DNA of 64,000 bases from Lingula anatina (taxonomy: Eukaryota > Animalia > Brachiopoda): the NCBI GenBank assembly GCA_051362555.1, contig CM120645.1, forward strand, positions 1,984,001 through 2,048,000, in the 5' to 3' direction. Of this stretch, positions 25,963-64,000 are shown in pieces. The translations under genes were made by a program, and so were the position numbers. How positions within the stretch are numbered: position 1 is the stretch's first letter; every line of letters starts with the position of its first letter. Under the pieces are notes generated by a model, which had not been told where the DNA came from, did not search any database, and saw only the letters and a list, made by a program, of their open reading frames with translations.

Positions 25963-27658
25963 AATGCCGGAAAAGTTTCAGCTGAACCACGTGACCTCTG
26001 AGCTCTCTATTCGTGAGATTTGTCGCTCTGTTTTCTTGGGGGAAACAGCAGAATGTGTTTTCTCAGACAAAAAGATCTTCCTTTGAGCTGTGACTTCGTT
26101 GTCATTTGTTAAGTCACATGTCGAAGAGATTTCATTATTGCGCATTTATTTCACGTCTGTCTGTATGTTCCTTAATATGGCATGTTAGATGAGTTTTGTC
26201 GCTGTGAATGCACGCTGCTAGACCGAAGTCACCCTACGGGGTATCTCAGCCATTACTTCGATATTCCATGTAGCTTCTAGTGGGAAACGTTAAGATATTT
26301 CACAATGCCATTATTTTCATCGTCTGTAGGAACCTCTACAAATCGATGCACGTCTCTTTCATGTTTGGTCATCCGTTCCTGCGTTCGGTCAATGTGACAA
26401 TACAAAAGAAGTTGGCGTTTTGTTATCAGTGTGAAAAAAACAGGCTCCACGTTGTGTTGATTGCAGGTGGAATATCTTCTTAACTCACTGTATTCATCTC
26501 TTTCTTCAGTGTCTTCAAAATCTATTCAAAGAGCCTAACTACGGAAGAGTGCGATTTATTGACGAAAAATCTTGGGTTGGCTGTGTCCTCCATGGCCCCG
26601 TGACTGCTCACCTTAAATAAAACTGCGTTGATTGTTGCAAACAGTTCTTAACATGTGTAACATCCCTGTGTATCTTTTCAATGCTATGGATCCTCAGAAA
26701 CACGCAACGACTAGCGTACTCTTCTTCCACATAGGGAGGTACTCGATTAAGTGTGCCACATATCCATACACATGCTCAACGGTGCTTTTCTTTTTTTATC
26801 CCTGTGCCTCTTGCAACATGGCAATCGTTCTGTATATCTTTGCCTTTACACCATGCAAATAAAAGTTTGCTTTTTGCATTTTTGAACAGCAGTTTCGCAG
26901 ATTGTATACTTGGATTGCCTCGCCACTATTTTGCTTCTTTTTACGGTCACATCACCTGTGTAAATATCTACAATGCGTTTGTCGTGTATTTCAACGGGGT
27001 TTGAGGACGGCTTTGTGTACACGACCTAAAAACTGAACTGCGGCATTATGTTATAGGTCTAGCAGTTCAATATTCTAATCGGCCTCAAAATTCAATACAC
27101 CTACTTTTTGTTAACATTTTCTAGATTCTTCTTGTAAAATATATCGATGCCTCTGCTCAATTTCTGTCTCTTCTATTCACGGTGGCGGAAAGTCGCCTGA
27201 TGTATGTCTGCTCAGGTAACCCATCGATTTCAGAACTAGCTTCCTTTAAGTAGCACGTAGAGCATACTTTATGGATTGAGAGAGGCAATATTCTATTGTC
27301 TACTAGTTTTTTTTTAAATCTCCAGTCAGCGACAGTGACAGACCTCTTCCTGATTCCGGATATGGTGATTTAATATAGCAAGCTACAAGGTCTAGGAATG
27401 TCTTGGGGCCGATTCCACGCATTACCAGACACCAGAGGCGATCTATTAGTAATATTGTTACTGAGCAACAGTTCCAGTGAAGTCATTTCACATACATAAT
27501 CGCACTCAATGGCAGGTAGTCATTCACGTTATTCACCAATTGTGAACAGTTTGTTGAGAGACAGCAGTCATTTTAACCAGCAATGTATTCCTGTACCACC
27601 ATCGGCCTTGTTTCCCGTTACTTATAGAGAAGAGAAAACGGAAATGTACTTAACGGGT

Positions 27659-28382
27659 ACATGTAGCCCTGAAAGTGAAATCGCTTAACATGTGATAATA
27701 ATTATTATTATCACCAGCCTTATTACTGCATCTGTTAATGATTTGATGGATGTGGGGTCCCTCACACGCTCTGCCTTTTTCGTCAATCGAATTAGGCTTC
27801 TCGTTCAGGCGGCTTATGGGACCTCTGTCTCTCGTCGTATTTTACTTCTGTTCCTATCTCTGTCTCTTGCGAGGTATATACGCTCGTGTCACACTACATG
27901 CGGCGTGGAGGATGTGTCATTTGGTCTTTTAAAGCCCCGTACGCGTCACTGTGGCTTGGCTTGCGCTGTGCTACTGCATGAGTGTTAAAAAAGTCTAGGT
28001 TCCTGGTTACGACTCTGCGTACATGTAGCCCTGAAAGTGAAATCGCTTAACATGTGATAATAATTATTATTATCACCAGCCTTATTACTGCATCTGTTAA
28101 TGATTTGATGGATGTGGGGTCCCTCACACGCTCTGCCTTTTTCGTCAATCGAATTAGGCTTCTCGTTCAGGCGGCTTATGGGACCTCTGTCTCTCGTCGT
28201 ATTTTACTTCTGTTCCTATCTCTGTCTCTTGCGAGGTATATACGCTCGTGTCACACTACATGCGGCGTGGAGGATGTGTCATTTGGTCTTTTAAAGCCCC
28301 GTACGCGTCACTGTGGCTTGGCTTGCGCTGTGCTACTGCATGAGTGTTAAAAAAGTCTAGGTTCCTGGTTACGACTCTGCGT
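27659..28382. repeat. Tandem duplication, 2 x 362 bp (27659-28020, 28021-28382)
   Basis: Both copies read ACATGTAGCCCTGAAAGTG...GGTTACGACTCTGCGT. The ORF track shows identical translations offset by 362. Confidence 0.95.
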
Positions 28383-30335
28383 TCACCTCTCTATATAGAA
28401 TAAAGCGGGAGTGGATAAAATAGCTTTTGTGGCGTTCTTTTGTCCGCTGCAAGGCAGAATATGATCGCAAAGACGTAGCGCTTTTATTTCGCCACTGCAA
28501 TAAATTGAGCGGTTTCTGTGCCGTAAAATAACACGGGTTATTTAAGTCTAGCTATATAAAGTTTTGCCTCAGTTCCGTGTCATTAACTTGTCAAAGTTTT
28601 CGTACTGTTTTTCTTTTCATACGCACTAAAATCCATTTTGAGTAGGTGCAACTACCGAGACATGAAATGAGAGAAATGTGCGTGATTTCATCCCAATGCA
28701 GCCCCCTCCTTAGAGACGTATTCCACCCCTTGCGTTAACTCTGCGGATATCGGGTCAACAAAAAGTCACGAGTGTTACTATTAACCGTGCAGAGAAAGCA
28801 AGAAACCACTAGGCATACAAACTTCACCGGTATAGTGGTTTTAACAAAGCACGTTTATGTATAAGTCAACAGTCTGGAGATCTTAACGTTATGAACCGCC
28901 TCTAATGCTCTTCCAAGTCGCAGAGCACGCCAGACTTCGATTATGTTATATCAAATTATCCAAGACGCAACACCCATTAGTAATGTCGGTCGTTTAGGTT
29001 TGATTCTGATAGATACTAATTTCACTACAGCTTAGCCTGTTGTACTTAAAGTCGGCTGTGATCATCCGTAGTTCATCCTGCGTTTTTAAGTGTTCTCGCC
29101 ATATTTGTCAGACGTGACGGACCAAGCTGTAACGAGACTGTAAATATTAAGATCATTGTAATAGCCTTATGCATGGAGAGTTAAACGGTGTCGTTTCATC
29201 CCGTCAGCAGTTAGATATCGACTCTAACTGTGAGTAAGCCGAGAAGGTCAATGCTTCGAACTGCTGTGCTAAAATCTTCGAAGCAGATTCCTTGTGTATT
29301 AAATCCAGCTAGAAATATCGTCATCACTTGGTCCTGTCCATAGGCGGCGTACTGCAACTTACCGCTAGGCGTGGCTGGACGCTGCTACCGTCTACGCCGT
29401 CTACGTGAACGTGGGAGGGCTACGTATGTCCTTACAGCGTCACGTCAACGTCATAACGACTACAGTACGTGCTGTATACAGGAAAATGGGGTTAACAGAG
29501 ACGCTGGTTTTGTGTCCGTCGGCAAAATCGCACAGGTTGCTGAGTGATTGAGCCTTCACCACATTACAATACAGGTGACTGTGCGAAATTCAGTACAATA
29601 AAATCAATATAGCAAACACAGCTTTGAACGTTGATAGGGCAGGCCAATGGGATAAAGTGGAAATAAAAAGAACGTTAATTTCTTTATTATCGGAGCACTG
29701 TTTACATTATTTCCATACCACAAAAATAAATGAAGGTCATATATATTACTTACAGAAATTTGCAAGTTAGCTTATTTTTGCCCGATTTTCATACCAGAAT
29801 GATTACATCAGTTTACGTCAGGTAATACTTGTGTTACTTTGAATTGCAGTCGAATGTATGGAATTCGATTGAAAAGTTACGTGTGAATATCTTTGAATTA
29901 GTCCTGCAGTCATCACATTTTTTTCAAGGATATCAAGTATTTCAAGGACACCTTACAAGGTAATTAAAATATAAGGCAAAATCCTAAATATAAGATTTTA
30001 CGTGGCCTAATGAAGTGAGTAACCCGCTGTCTGTAAAAGGGCAAAAGAACGTCTATATTAATACCCCCACCCCTCCTACCAAGCCTGGGAGTTACAATTT
30101 TGCTATCATATGTTTTCCGATGAAATGGTCCAGCGATATAACGTTAACCATTGTCAGAATTTAATGGATATTTTCTGTATCCATTTGTCACAGTCGATAT
30201 GCAGTGCGAAGATATTTCATAAGCGTTATGTAAAATTAATGTAAAAATGTCATTGTGAATTTAAGCGCGTATTTCTAGATGGAAGTTGATAAAAAGTCCC
30301 TCAGTCCTAGGAGAATCATGTCGCCAACCCCTGAG

Positions 30336-30638
30336 AAGGGGCGCATCCTGGATTATTTGAAGGGGGGGGGGGGGGGGGGGGGGGGGGCTGGAACGACAGG
30401 CCTCGGATGCGAAGCCGACCATCGTCCTTTTGGTGTGGGGTTCGGGTCCCGCTCAAGGGCCCCGAAAAAGTCCTGGTGTTTTGGAGAGCAAACAGTGCCC
30501 TTTGGCACGGTTTAGAACTATGATTTAGCTAGTCAAAATTTTAATTTCAAGACGGAAATATTAGTGTGATATATTTCTCAGAAACCGAAGTGGGGGTCAT
30601 GACCCCCCCTGACCTTCCCCCCTTTTAATCCACCACTG
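30336..30638. mobile_element. hAT-like MITE, ~300 bp, degenerate
   Basis: Left end (A)AGGGGCGCATCCTGGATT plus poly-G; right end C-tracts plus AATCCACCACTG (reverse complement CAGTGGTGGATT). This is the imperfect CAG(G/T)GGCGGAT-type TIR layout. A possible 8-bp TSD matches only 6/8 (CCTGAGAA/CCTGGGTA). Confidence 0.55.
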
Positions 30639-31950
30639 CCTGGGTATCACAGTTTTGATACCAGTGGCTCATGAAATGGTTCTCTGCATCAGGTCTCTCC
30701 TACATGTAGCTGTTACAAACTAGTATGTTGTCTAGGACTTTCAGACATTTTTGTTCATGTAGAAGACCTCTCGAGCTCGAAGAGTGGATTAGTATGGCAT
30801 TAAAAGCAGCAATTTGGTTTAAGTATCGCTGCTGACCAACTGTTTGCGTACGCATACTTTTACTGCTTCTATACCTGTCCTCTACTTACAATAAATGAAA
30901 AAAGATATGAATAAAAAAATAAATAAATAGAATAAAATTAATTTGTGAGAATTTTCAAGCAGCCGTCACCCTCTCGTTCGGAGCGCAGACTGGGATTCCC
31001 CGATCTTCAGCCAAAGCAGCAGTCAGCGTCTCCCCCCTCCTATTTGGCTGGTCGTAATTTTTATCGATTCATGAACATTGTCAAGATCACTTCCCAGTGA
31101 CATTTCGAGTTACCTTGGCTGTAGGTTTTCACCGGGAGAAAGCATTCAATATTTCAATTCCCATTTCCTTTGGGGTTTGAATTAATAATTGCATCCCATG
31201 CCCTGTCATATTTATACAGGCATCGATTCATCTTCGTTTGTTTGTGTCATCACTTTATCCAGCTTTTTTTCTTTGTTGCTGATCAGTTACTGCCATTGAA
31301 ACATTATGAAACAAAGCTGTTGGTTTGATTCAGTGAGAGAACGAAAGCGAAACCGTCACAATGAAAGACTCAGGCCTCAAGCATGTACGTAAATTTGAAA
31401 AACAGCAAACAACTGTTTGCCTTTGAAGATGTCTACAGCTTTCAATTCAGAGAAAAATAGAAGAAAAAATTACAAATAAAGGATTGGCCTTATATTTAGG
31501 AAAATGAATTTATAGAAATTAATTTAATATTTTCTTCAGAAGTAGAGCGACTCTCTACAATAACATGATGAAAGAAACAGTTTATCTTAGATCAAAGATC
31601 TTAAAATTTTATAACTTATTATACGCACAAGGTTTTCCTAATTATCTCCCGATTTTGCTGTTGGTTGTAAAATTTATCAACAAAAATAATATAATATGAT
31701 AATATTTTAATAATGTTAATGTATAGTATCAAGTAAAATAATTAAGAAATTATCCAACTCATTTCAATTAATATAAGTATTTTTGTTGTATAAAAAATAT
31801 CATGATCAAAATTTACAAAGTTCTTAGGGTTTTTTTCCCCAAAATATGCCAGTCTATTTCTGAGACAGTGGAATTTTCTGTTCTTCAGGTTTTTAAGAAG
31901 TGCAGCATATGTAATATAATATTATATTTTCAAGCTTTTCACAATATTCA

Positions 31951-31983
<33 letters not shown>
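31951..31983. repeat. (ATT)n microsatellite
   Basis: Direct reading. Confidence 0.9.
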
Positions 31984-31988
<5 letters not shown>

Positions 31989-32233
31989 CTGCTGTTATAA
32001 AAAATGTACAACTGTTGTTAATCACATCATAAACAATACAATAATGATTACAGACAGCTAAAAATGTGAAAAGTATGAATACATGATAGAGGTGACGAGC
32101 ATGTTGCGTGGCAAACAGGCTGGTACTGACTGACACAGTTAAATTTAACAAGTAGCAGTCTAGTAGAACAGCACTATATCAGCTCTAAAAGTCAATAGTA
32201 GTTTTTAACAGTCAGTTAAGAAACAGTGGAACA

Positions 32234-33603
32234 TCAGCTGAAGTATTCCAGACTAGCTTTGGCCTTTTCCATCTCATGAAGGAAGGAATAAAACTGAGGC
32301 AGGGTCAGCTCTGAAACAAAAATAGATAATGCAAAAATAATTATCATTTATTATTGAACAAAAGGGAAATAAAAAAGAAAAAAAATTATAAATGTTCTCA
32401 CATGAATCATAACACTGGCTGCAGATAGTTCCCTTTTAAATAAAACACATCATTCCAGTTTACAAGTCGAGAATTTGATGCACTACCCTAAACACAATTC
32501 AATAAACAACTTATATAGAGACATAGAGTCATTTCAAGTAAATAGCGTATACACCTAAACCCTTTGGGACAGTCTAAATGACTTCCGCAATATTACGTTT
32601 CTACTTTACAATCTCCATATAAATAGGAGTGTTTTGAAAAAGTTACAAATACTAGTGCATTCTTCTGTTGAAGTATCAAAATCAATGCCTCTGCTACAGT
32701 GACAGATCTTTTCAAAAAATTTTTGTTTCACTTCATTCCCAAACCGTGGCAATCAGTTACACACAACTTACCCATATATACATTCTCTGTTTTGTTTCCT
32801 TTATTAACCACCAACTTGAGCTGAATGAAAGTGTTTCCAACCTGGTTTAGTTCACTGCTGGCGGCTGTCACTGGGAATTATAAGATTTGAAATGAAATAA
32901 TCCCCCACTAGAAAAACACTCAAAGAGCACAGACCACTGCAAAAGCAGATACTTATTATTTTGAATTATTGAATGTATGGATCACCACCAAAATCTAATC
33001 AGTTTTAAGTTAGTTAAAATACAATATCCAAACACCTAGATTTTGTGATAAAATTTCAGAATACGTTCAACTCATATAAATAGACTAATAAATAAATAAA
33101 CAAAATAAATAGATAAATAAATCTCTTACCCCCAAACTTCCACTCCATGTCCAGTAGTTGGTTGACCATCAGTGTCTGACCTAAGGCTGTCCTTGAGAGG
33201 GCCAAGAGGTTTTGTTGCCACTGTGAACAGAACAAGTGATATCAGTTTAAAATGTTACAATGTGGCATATTATATTTGTATCCGCAAGATATATTTGTAT
33301 CCGTTAAGATACATACAAACTTTGGGAATTTGTCTGCCACTTGGAATAATCTATAGTATGATACTGTGTTTAAAAGAATTAAGAATATTGTTGACATTAA
33401 ACAGCATTCCTCTGCAACATACATGTAGTAAAAAATTCATAACTTAACACTGGATGCTGATTGAAGATTTAAATAGTTAGGCTTTTTAATAAATTTGATT
33501 TCTCTACCTGCTCAGCAAAATAGGTTGACTTTTCTTCTGCTAAACCTAGAATAAACAATTTCAGATTTTGTGAAAAAAAAAAACATAAAAAGTCAAGATA
33601 AGT

Positions 33604-33663
<60 letters not shown>

Positions 33664-35055
33664 GGGAGACTATCCTGAATCTCTGACGAAACTGAGTGTA
33701 TCTGAATGAATGATTTTTTAGTATGAAAAAATAGGAGAAACATTTCTTAATTTGAGTATCCGATGCATCCTTTATTTCTACAAAGTTAACCCAAGTGCAC
33801 AAAATTATATACTTCTCAACTAACATGTTTCACATGTTAAGACCTTTCCCTTAATCGGTAAGTAAAACTTACCTAAAGTTAAAAAATCTTCCTTTAACTG
33901 TGTTGGTCCTAGATTCTTCCGTAGTGCACCTGTTACATGTATGCAGTAAATCATTAGTCTCTAATCTTATAACAGGGTTTATTTGTAATGTAAATATAAA
34001 TGTTATACGTTTTGAAACATAAACAATAATTTTGTGAGATTTTAAAAAAATCTCATCTTGGATCTAAAATGTCAATATGGCATAAAGATGTAATACTACT
34101 GTAACAGTAGAAAGTATAAAAGGACTCGCTGCACACTCACTGTTTGGAATTGTCAGTAAACTTTTGATGACATTTTTCAAAGCTGCAGCACTAACTCCAT
34201 GTTGCGATGAAAATTCTTCCAACTGTTCGATAAGTCTGCTGGACTGTCAAAGATGAGCAAATTAAAATAAAAATAACAGACATAAATGACATACAAAACT
34301 GATCAAAAATATTATTTAATGATAACTAGTCTATGAAGTTAATATTAACATTTTTATGACCAAGGTCACCCCCTTTTACTTCATAATTCCAATATTCTAA
34401 TATTTCAATAACTATAAAGGGCAATGTCCTCTTACATGGGAAATAATTAAAGAACATTGTGTTACCAGTTGCATTAAAGAAATTGGAGCATGTAAAGTTA
34501 ATGCACTCAGTTTAAATGTGATATCAACCATCATACAGTGAATAAAATAAAATAAATAAATTACCTTATTTGGTTCTAGTAGAAACTGGAACACAATCTG
34601 AACCAGTTGGGTAAATTGCTGAAAGCATAAACGAAAGATTGCTGATTCTTAGAGTATTAAATTGGCATTAGAAGCAGTAATTTCTACCTGATCATCCAAC
34701 ACCGGTGTTAACAACAACGATACTGATAGCACAGCCAGTATATATCAGAAACCGCAAACAGGAGTGCTACAGCATGAGCTTTGTGCTATGATACTGTCAG
34801 TCACACTGCAGTCTTCCAAAAATGTTAACTTTGAGTATAATTCGTACGAAGTGTCAGTGAAATCAAAAGGAAGGATGATATATAAATCATACACAAAATC
34901 AACCCAATACTTAAGAAACAACGTGTTTAAACGGTTTTCTAATCATATTGGAAATCACAACAACTCACCTCATCGTTAAATTTATTCAGAGTTTGTATTT
35001 CTGCAAACATTGAATCAGGAGGAGGATCTTTCGTGAAGTGGAAGGAGGTCGCCAT
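32234..35055 (-). CDS. COMMD7: COMM domain-containing protein 7, 201 aa, 8 exons
   Basis: complement join(34969-35055,34565-34618,34141-34243,33873-33929,33508-33545,33130-33220,32772-32870,32234-32310), all GT-AG, 606 nt. Protein MATSFHFTKDPPPDS...VFQFLLEPNK...LKNVIKSLLTIPNSALRKNL...LGLAEEKSTYFAEQWQQN...GQTLMVNQLLDMEWKFGVTAASSELNQVGNTFIQLKLVVNKGNKTENVYMELTLPQFYSFLHEMEKAKASLEYFS*, colinear with human COMMD7 as recalled. Confidence 0.95.
33602..33669. repeat. Compound (GT)n(GA)n microsatellite in a COMMD7 intron
   Basis: Direct reading. Confidence 0.9.
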
Positions 35056-35072
35056 TTTGGAGATCATGTGAC
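35050..35072 (-). promoter_or_regulatory. COMMD7 start-proximal YY1-like (CAAAATGGCG) and E-box/M-box-like (GTCACATGA) motifs
   Basis: The plus strand reads CGCCATTTTGGAGATCATGTGAC over and just upstream of the ATG. Motif match only. Confidence 0.35.
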
Positions 35073-37614
35073 TTTGGTGAGATGCAGAGGCAAATGTGTT
35101 AGTTGAGATATGTTTGGTGTAGATCTACATGCGCAATGCCGGTCAATACATTTAACTTATTTATTATGTTTATTATGCACAGTTAACTCAAGCACATAGT
35201 TCGTGGCTAACCGCTTATTTACAAAAACAAAATACTAACAATTTAAAAAAAAAAAGATAAAATGAAAAATAAAATATTTTTAATTGAGAAGATGTGCACC
35301 TTTGAAATGAGAATATTTGTAACCTAAGGCTAATGATAAGCCTACTATGAAGCCTACTCAAGATTTGTATGCCAAAGTTGCTCTTTTGGCCAAGACTTAC
35401 TACTGAGCCCGGCTTAGTACAATATTCTTCATTCACTTTACATTTCCATTCGCTGTTTTGGTTCAGAAACAAAAGGAACGCAACACTTACATTGTGTAAC
35501 GGTATAGGCCTATTGTTCTTGATAACTAAAAAGTGACTGAAGGAAAACTCACTTAGACCAATATATATTAGGACTGTGCCACGCAGCACTATTTTTTGCA
35601 TTCTTTGCGCCTTGTTTAATTATTCAACATAACAAATTGTGCAATACTGCTCAACACATCAAACCCATTCATTTTGCTGCCAGTTTCCCAAGAAAAATAA
35701 CCACCCAATGTACACCTCAATGTACGATGCAATTTGATAATATACAGTCTATTCAATTAATATCTCATCCTAGTGAACCCAACTTGACAGTTTATAGCAA
35801 ACAAGTGAACCATGACGTACTACCTATATGCGAACGCTCAAGTCACATGCTATTTAACCATGGCGGTTAATGCCCCTATACAGGTAAGCAGTGCACCGTG
35901 GCATTTATACATAGGCTTAGCATTTAATTAATTGCATTTGGCACATTTAGCAAACAGCACGCGGGACGCATGCACTAGTCTTTGTTATAGATATACCTGG
36001 CACTTAACTTGCACGTGGCACGTATTCTTTTAGTACTTCTGAACGATTAGATAATGAACAAACGAATAAACAAGCAATCAAATAAATAGATAAATAAATG
36101 AATAAACGAAAGTAGGGTTTTTGCTTATCATAATTATTTTTTCATTTTTCAGATGTACCCTTTAAGACATCAATGCTCGCTGTAGCCTGTAGTTCTTACT
36201 TTATCATTTTAATACAAAAAGCTTAACAATTATAGGGGACAAAATAACACCTGTACCCACAAATTATGTTTTAAGAATAAATAATAATAATAATAATAAT
36301 ACAAAGATAACACGCAGAAGTTGGGTCATCCCCCATTATCTCCTGTATCTCTGGGTCCGCCATTAAATATTACACCTATGGGACATTTGTCTTCATGTTA
36401 TGGATGAACGCTGGTCAAATGTTTTATCTTTGTCGGTGAAAACGTGCCAATTTGTCACGAGCTGTCCAGAGTGCAGAATTGTCACACGATATATCATTGA
36501 CTCTCGACTAGGGGTCTCACTATATGTGTCACACTCGCGGATATGACTGTCAGACATTATTTCAACTGTGCGACAGTCTCTGAAAATAATAAAGACCATT
36601 TTCTCTTCAAAATAAAGTCCAGAAACTGCTTATTATTATTTTATCGGTTAAATATATTTTTCGTTGTCTCTTTCGTAGCCCCCTCCTTATGATAGTAAAA
36701 AGGAAAAGTAAAGCAACTCTAAAAATAAAGGGCGAGGGACGAAGCGTCATGCTCCCCTCCTGTAGATCCAGCAGGCAAAAAAAAAAAAAAAAAAAAAAAA
36801 AAGCGCATTTTATACCGTCTTATTTTCATCTTCAAATATGCCCAGCCGTCACAAGCTTCTTTGATTAATTGGAGTGGACAATAAATGTTGGGCCATTTCA
36901 ACTAAACAGCGCAATAAAATATTTAGTTGGCAGTCCTCCAGGGAGATGTGCTAGACCTATTGTTGATTTCGATGCGTATCAAGGTGAGGAAAACAACTTT
37001 TACGAGAAGAATTAGAGCTCAAAATCATATGAAACAGCTTGTTTATCTCTAACAGCTAGGTTAAGGTGCATTGAACTTCAGATGAATCAGTAAATAATAC
37101 GAAATGACGTTATTCAACACATGTCAAAGATGCTTGAACTTTTCCAACGGCAAATATTGACGTTTCTTCAAGCTCACAAACGAAATTGCGTTAGTTGCGC
37201 GAGATAGATGCGTTGTGCAGATCACCTACCTGCGCGCGAAAAAATAACTATCAATCATAAATGAAAGATAAAAGTTTAGAATACTTCAAATCAAGTTTGA
37301 ATATTTTCACTGGAATAATGTATATAAAGGAAATTTTAATTGAGATGAACGAGCGTTTTGGTGGCAAAGATAAAAATAGGATATCATTACGCAGTATGGG
37401 AACTACTTCCATTACTCCTACCAGGCCACAGAGGAAGACGGCCGCCATGATAACAGACTAGTAGGTGTTCGCGTTTCGCTTGGGATTTTCCATATTTCCT
37501 GAGACCGAAACTGCCTGTGATCCTACCAGTCTTCATTATAAAGAAACAGGAAACTTCATGATGTAACAGTCGTCAAGGTAAAAGAAACTGAACTATTAAC
37601 ATTATTGGGATAAA

Positions 37615-37625
37615 ACCCGGAAGTG
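37615..37625 (+). promoter_or_regulatory. ETS/GABP-type motif CCGGAAGTG upstream of WNK
   Basis: AACCCGGAAGTG ~500 bp before the WNK ATG in a CpG-containing region. Motif match only. Confidence 0.3.
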
Positions 37626-38117
37626 CTTGCGCTGGTCAGGCTCTTTTTCGAAGCCGAATTTCCACCGAATTCGATGTCAGTTAACTAGTCATACTTGAAT
37701 GACAGTGTCAACGTTAAGCTGGTATCTTAAGGGCAAGTACACAATTACATCAACAGAGATGGTGGATTAATTACGGCTCTCTTCAAACCATCTTGCCGGA
37801 GTCTGGAATCCACGTAAAATTTGACAGCCAAATATCCTGTTAATTCAGTGCAACAGGCGGCGTGAGGGTGCTTATGATGTGGACTTTGCCATGGTCAAGC
37901 TAATGAGTAATCGCTTTAAGTATTTCAGTCTTCCAATTATTAATCTATATGACATAGCAGTATACGGGCAGTCTGCTATGAAGCAACAGACATGTCGGCA
38001 GCTCGGCTCTTGACCTATCAGATATAAATTGTTGGCTGTTGAAAATAGAAGCTCCTGGCTTTATAGAAGCTAGCTGCACCTGGCAGAGAGAGAAAGAGTG
38101 AAAGAGCAGTGTACAAT

Positions 38118-63882
<25,765 letters not shown>

Positions 63883-64000
63883 GTAAGTCCACGTACGATG
63901 CCTTACGTCACACACCACCGTCATCCTCATCAGCATCGTCATCATCTTCCTCATCATCATCATCTCTTCCCTGATCACTTCATACCGCCACACCCACTGC

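Noticed and set aside
27692-28350. Duplicated 98-aa and 60-aa ORFs
   Set aside because: The 98-aa ORFs start at GTG and begin in an ATT-repeat tract; neither set shows protein motifs. They are identical only because of the DNA duplication.
27659-28382. CRISPR-like or LTR interpretation of the direct repeat
   Set aside because: Two abutting 362-bp copies with no spacers, no internal domain, no TG...CA ends and no TSD.

Overview
This is AT-rich, intron-containing animal genomic DNA with many microsatellites; a perlustrin-like gene suggests a mollusc (inference). Five spliced genes were rebuilt by hand from GT-AG boundaries and phase continuity. (1) A 9-exon secreted GH31 sulfoquinovosidase (E. 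coli YihQ-like, +, 7223-12695) with all sulfonate-binding and catalytic residues intact. (2) A 4-exon perlustrin-like single-IGFBP-domain secreted protein (-, 13495-21464), mostly invisible in the ORF track, whose first intron holds a young 5'-truncated L2/CR1-group LINE. (3) A 2-exon type II membrane DUF1647-like putative glycosyltransferase (-, 23480-25962). (4) An 8-exon COMMD7 (-, 32234-35055). (5) Head-to-head with COMMD7, a WNK kinase (+, from 38118) that runs off the window end. Also present: an apparently exact 362-bp tandem duplication, MITE-like remnants, a possible first exon of a gene leaving the window on the left, and candidate poison exons in the WNK activation-loop intron. Family calls rest on recalled motifs; no searches were run.
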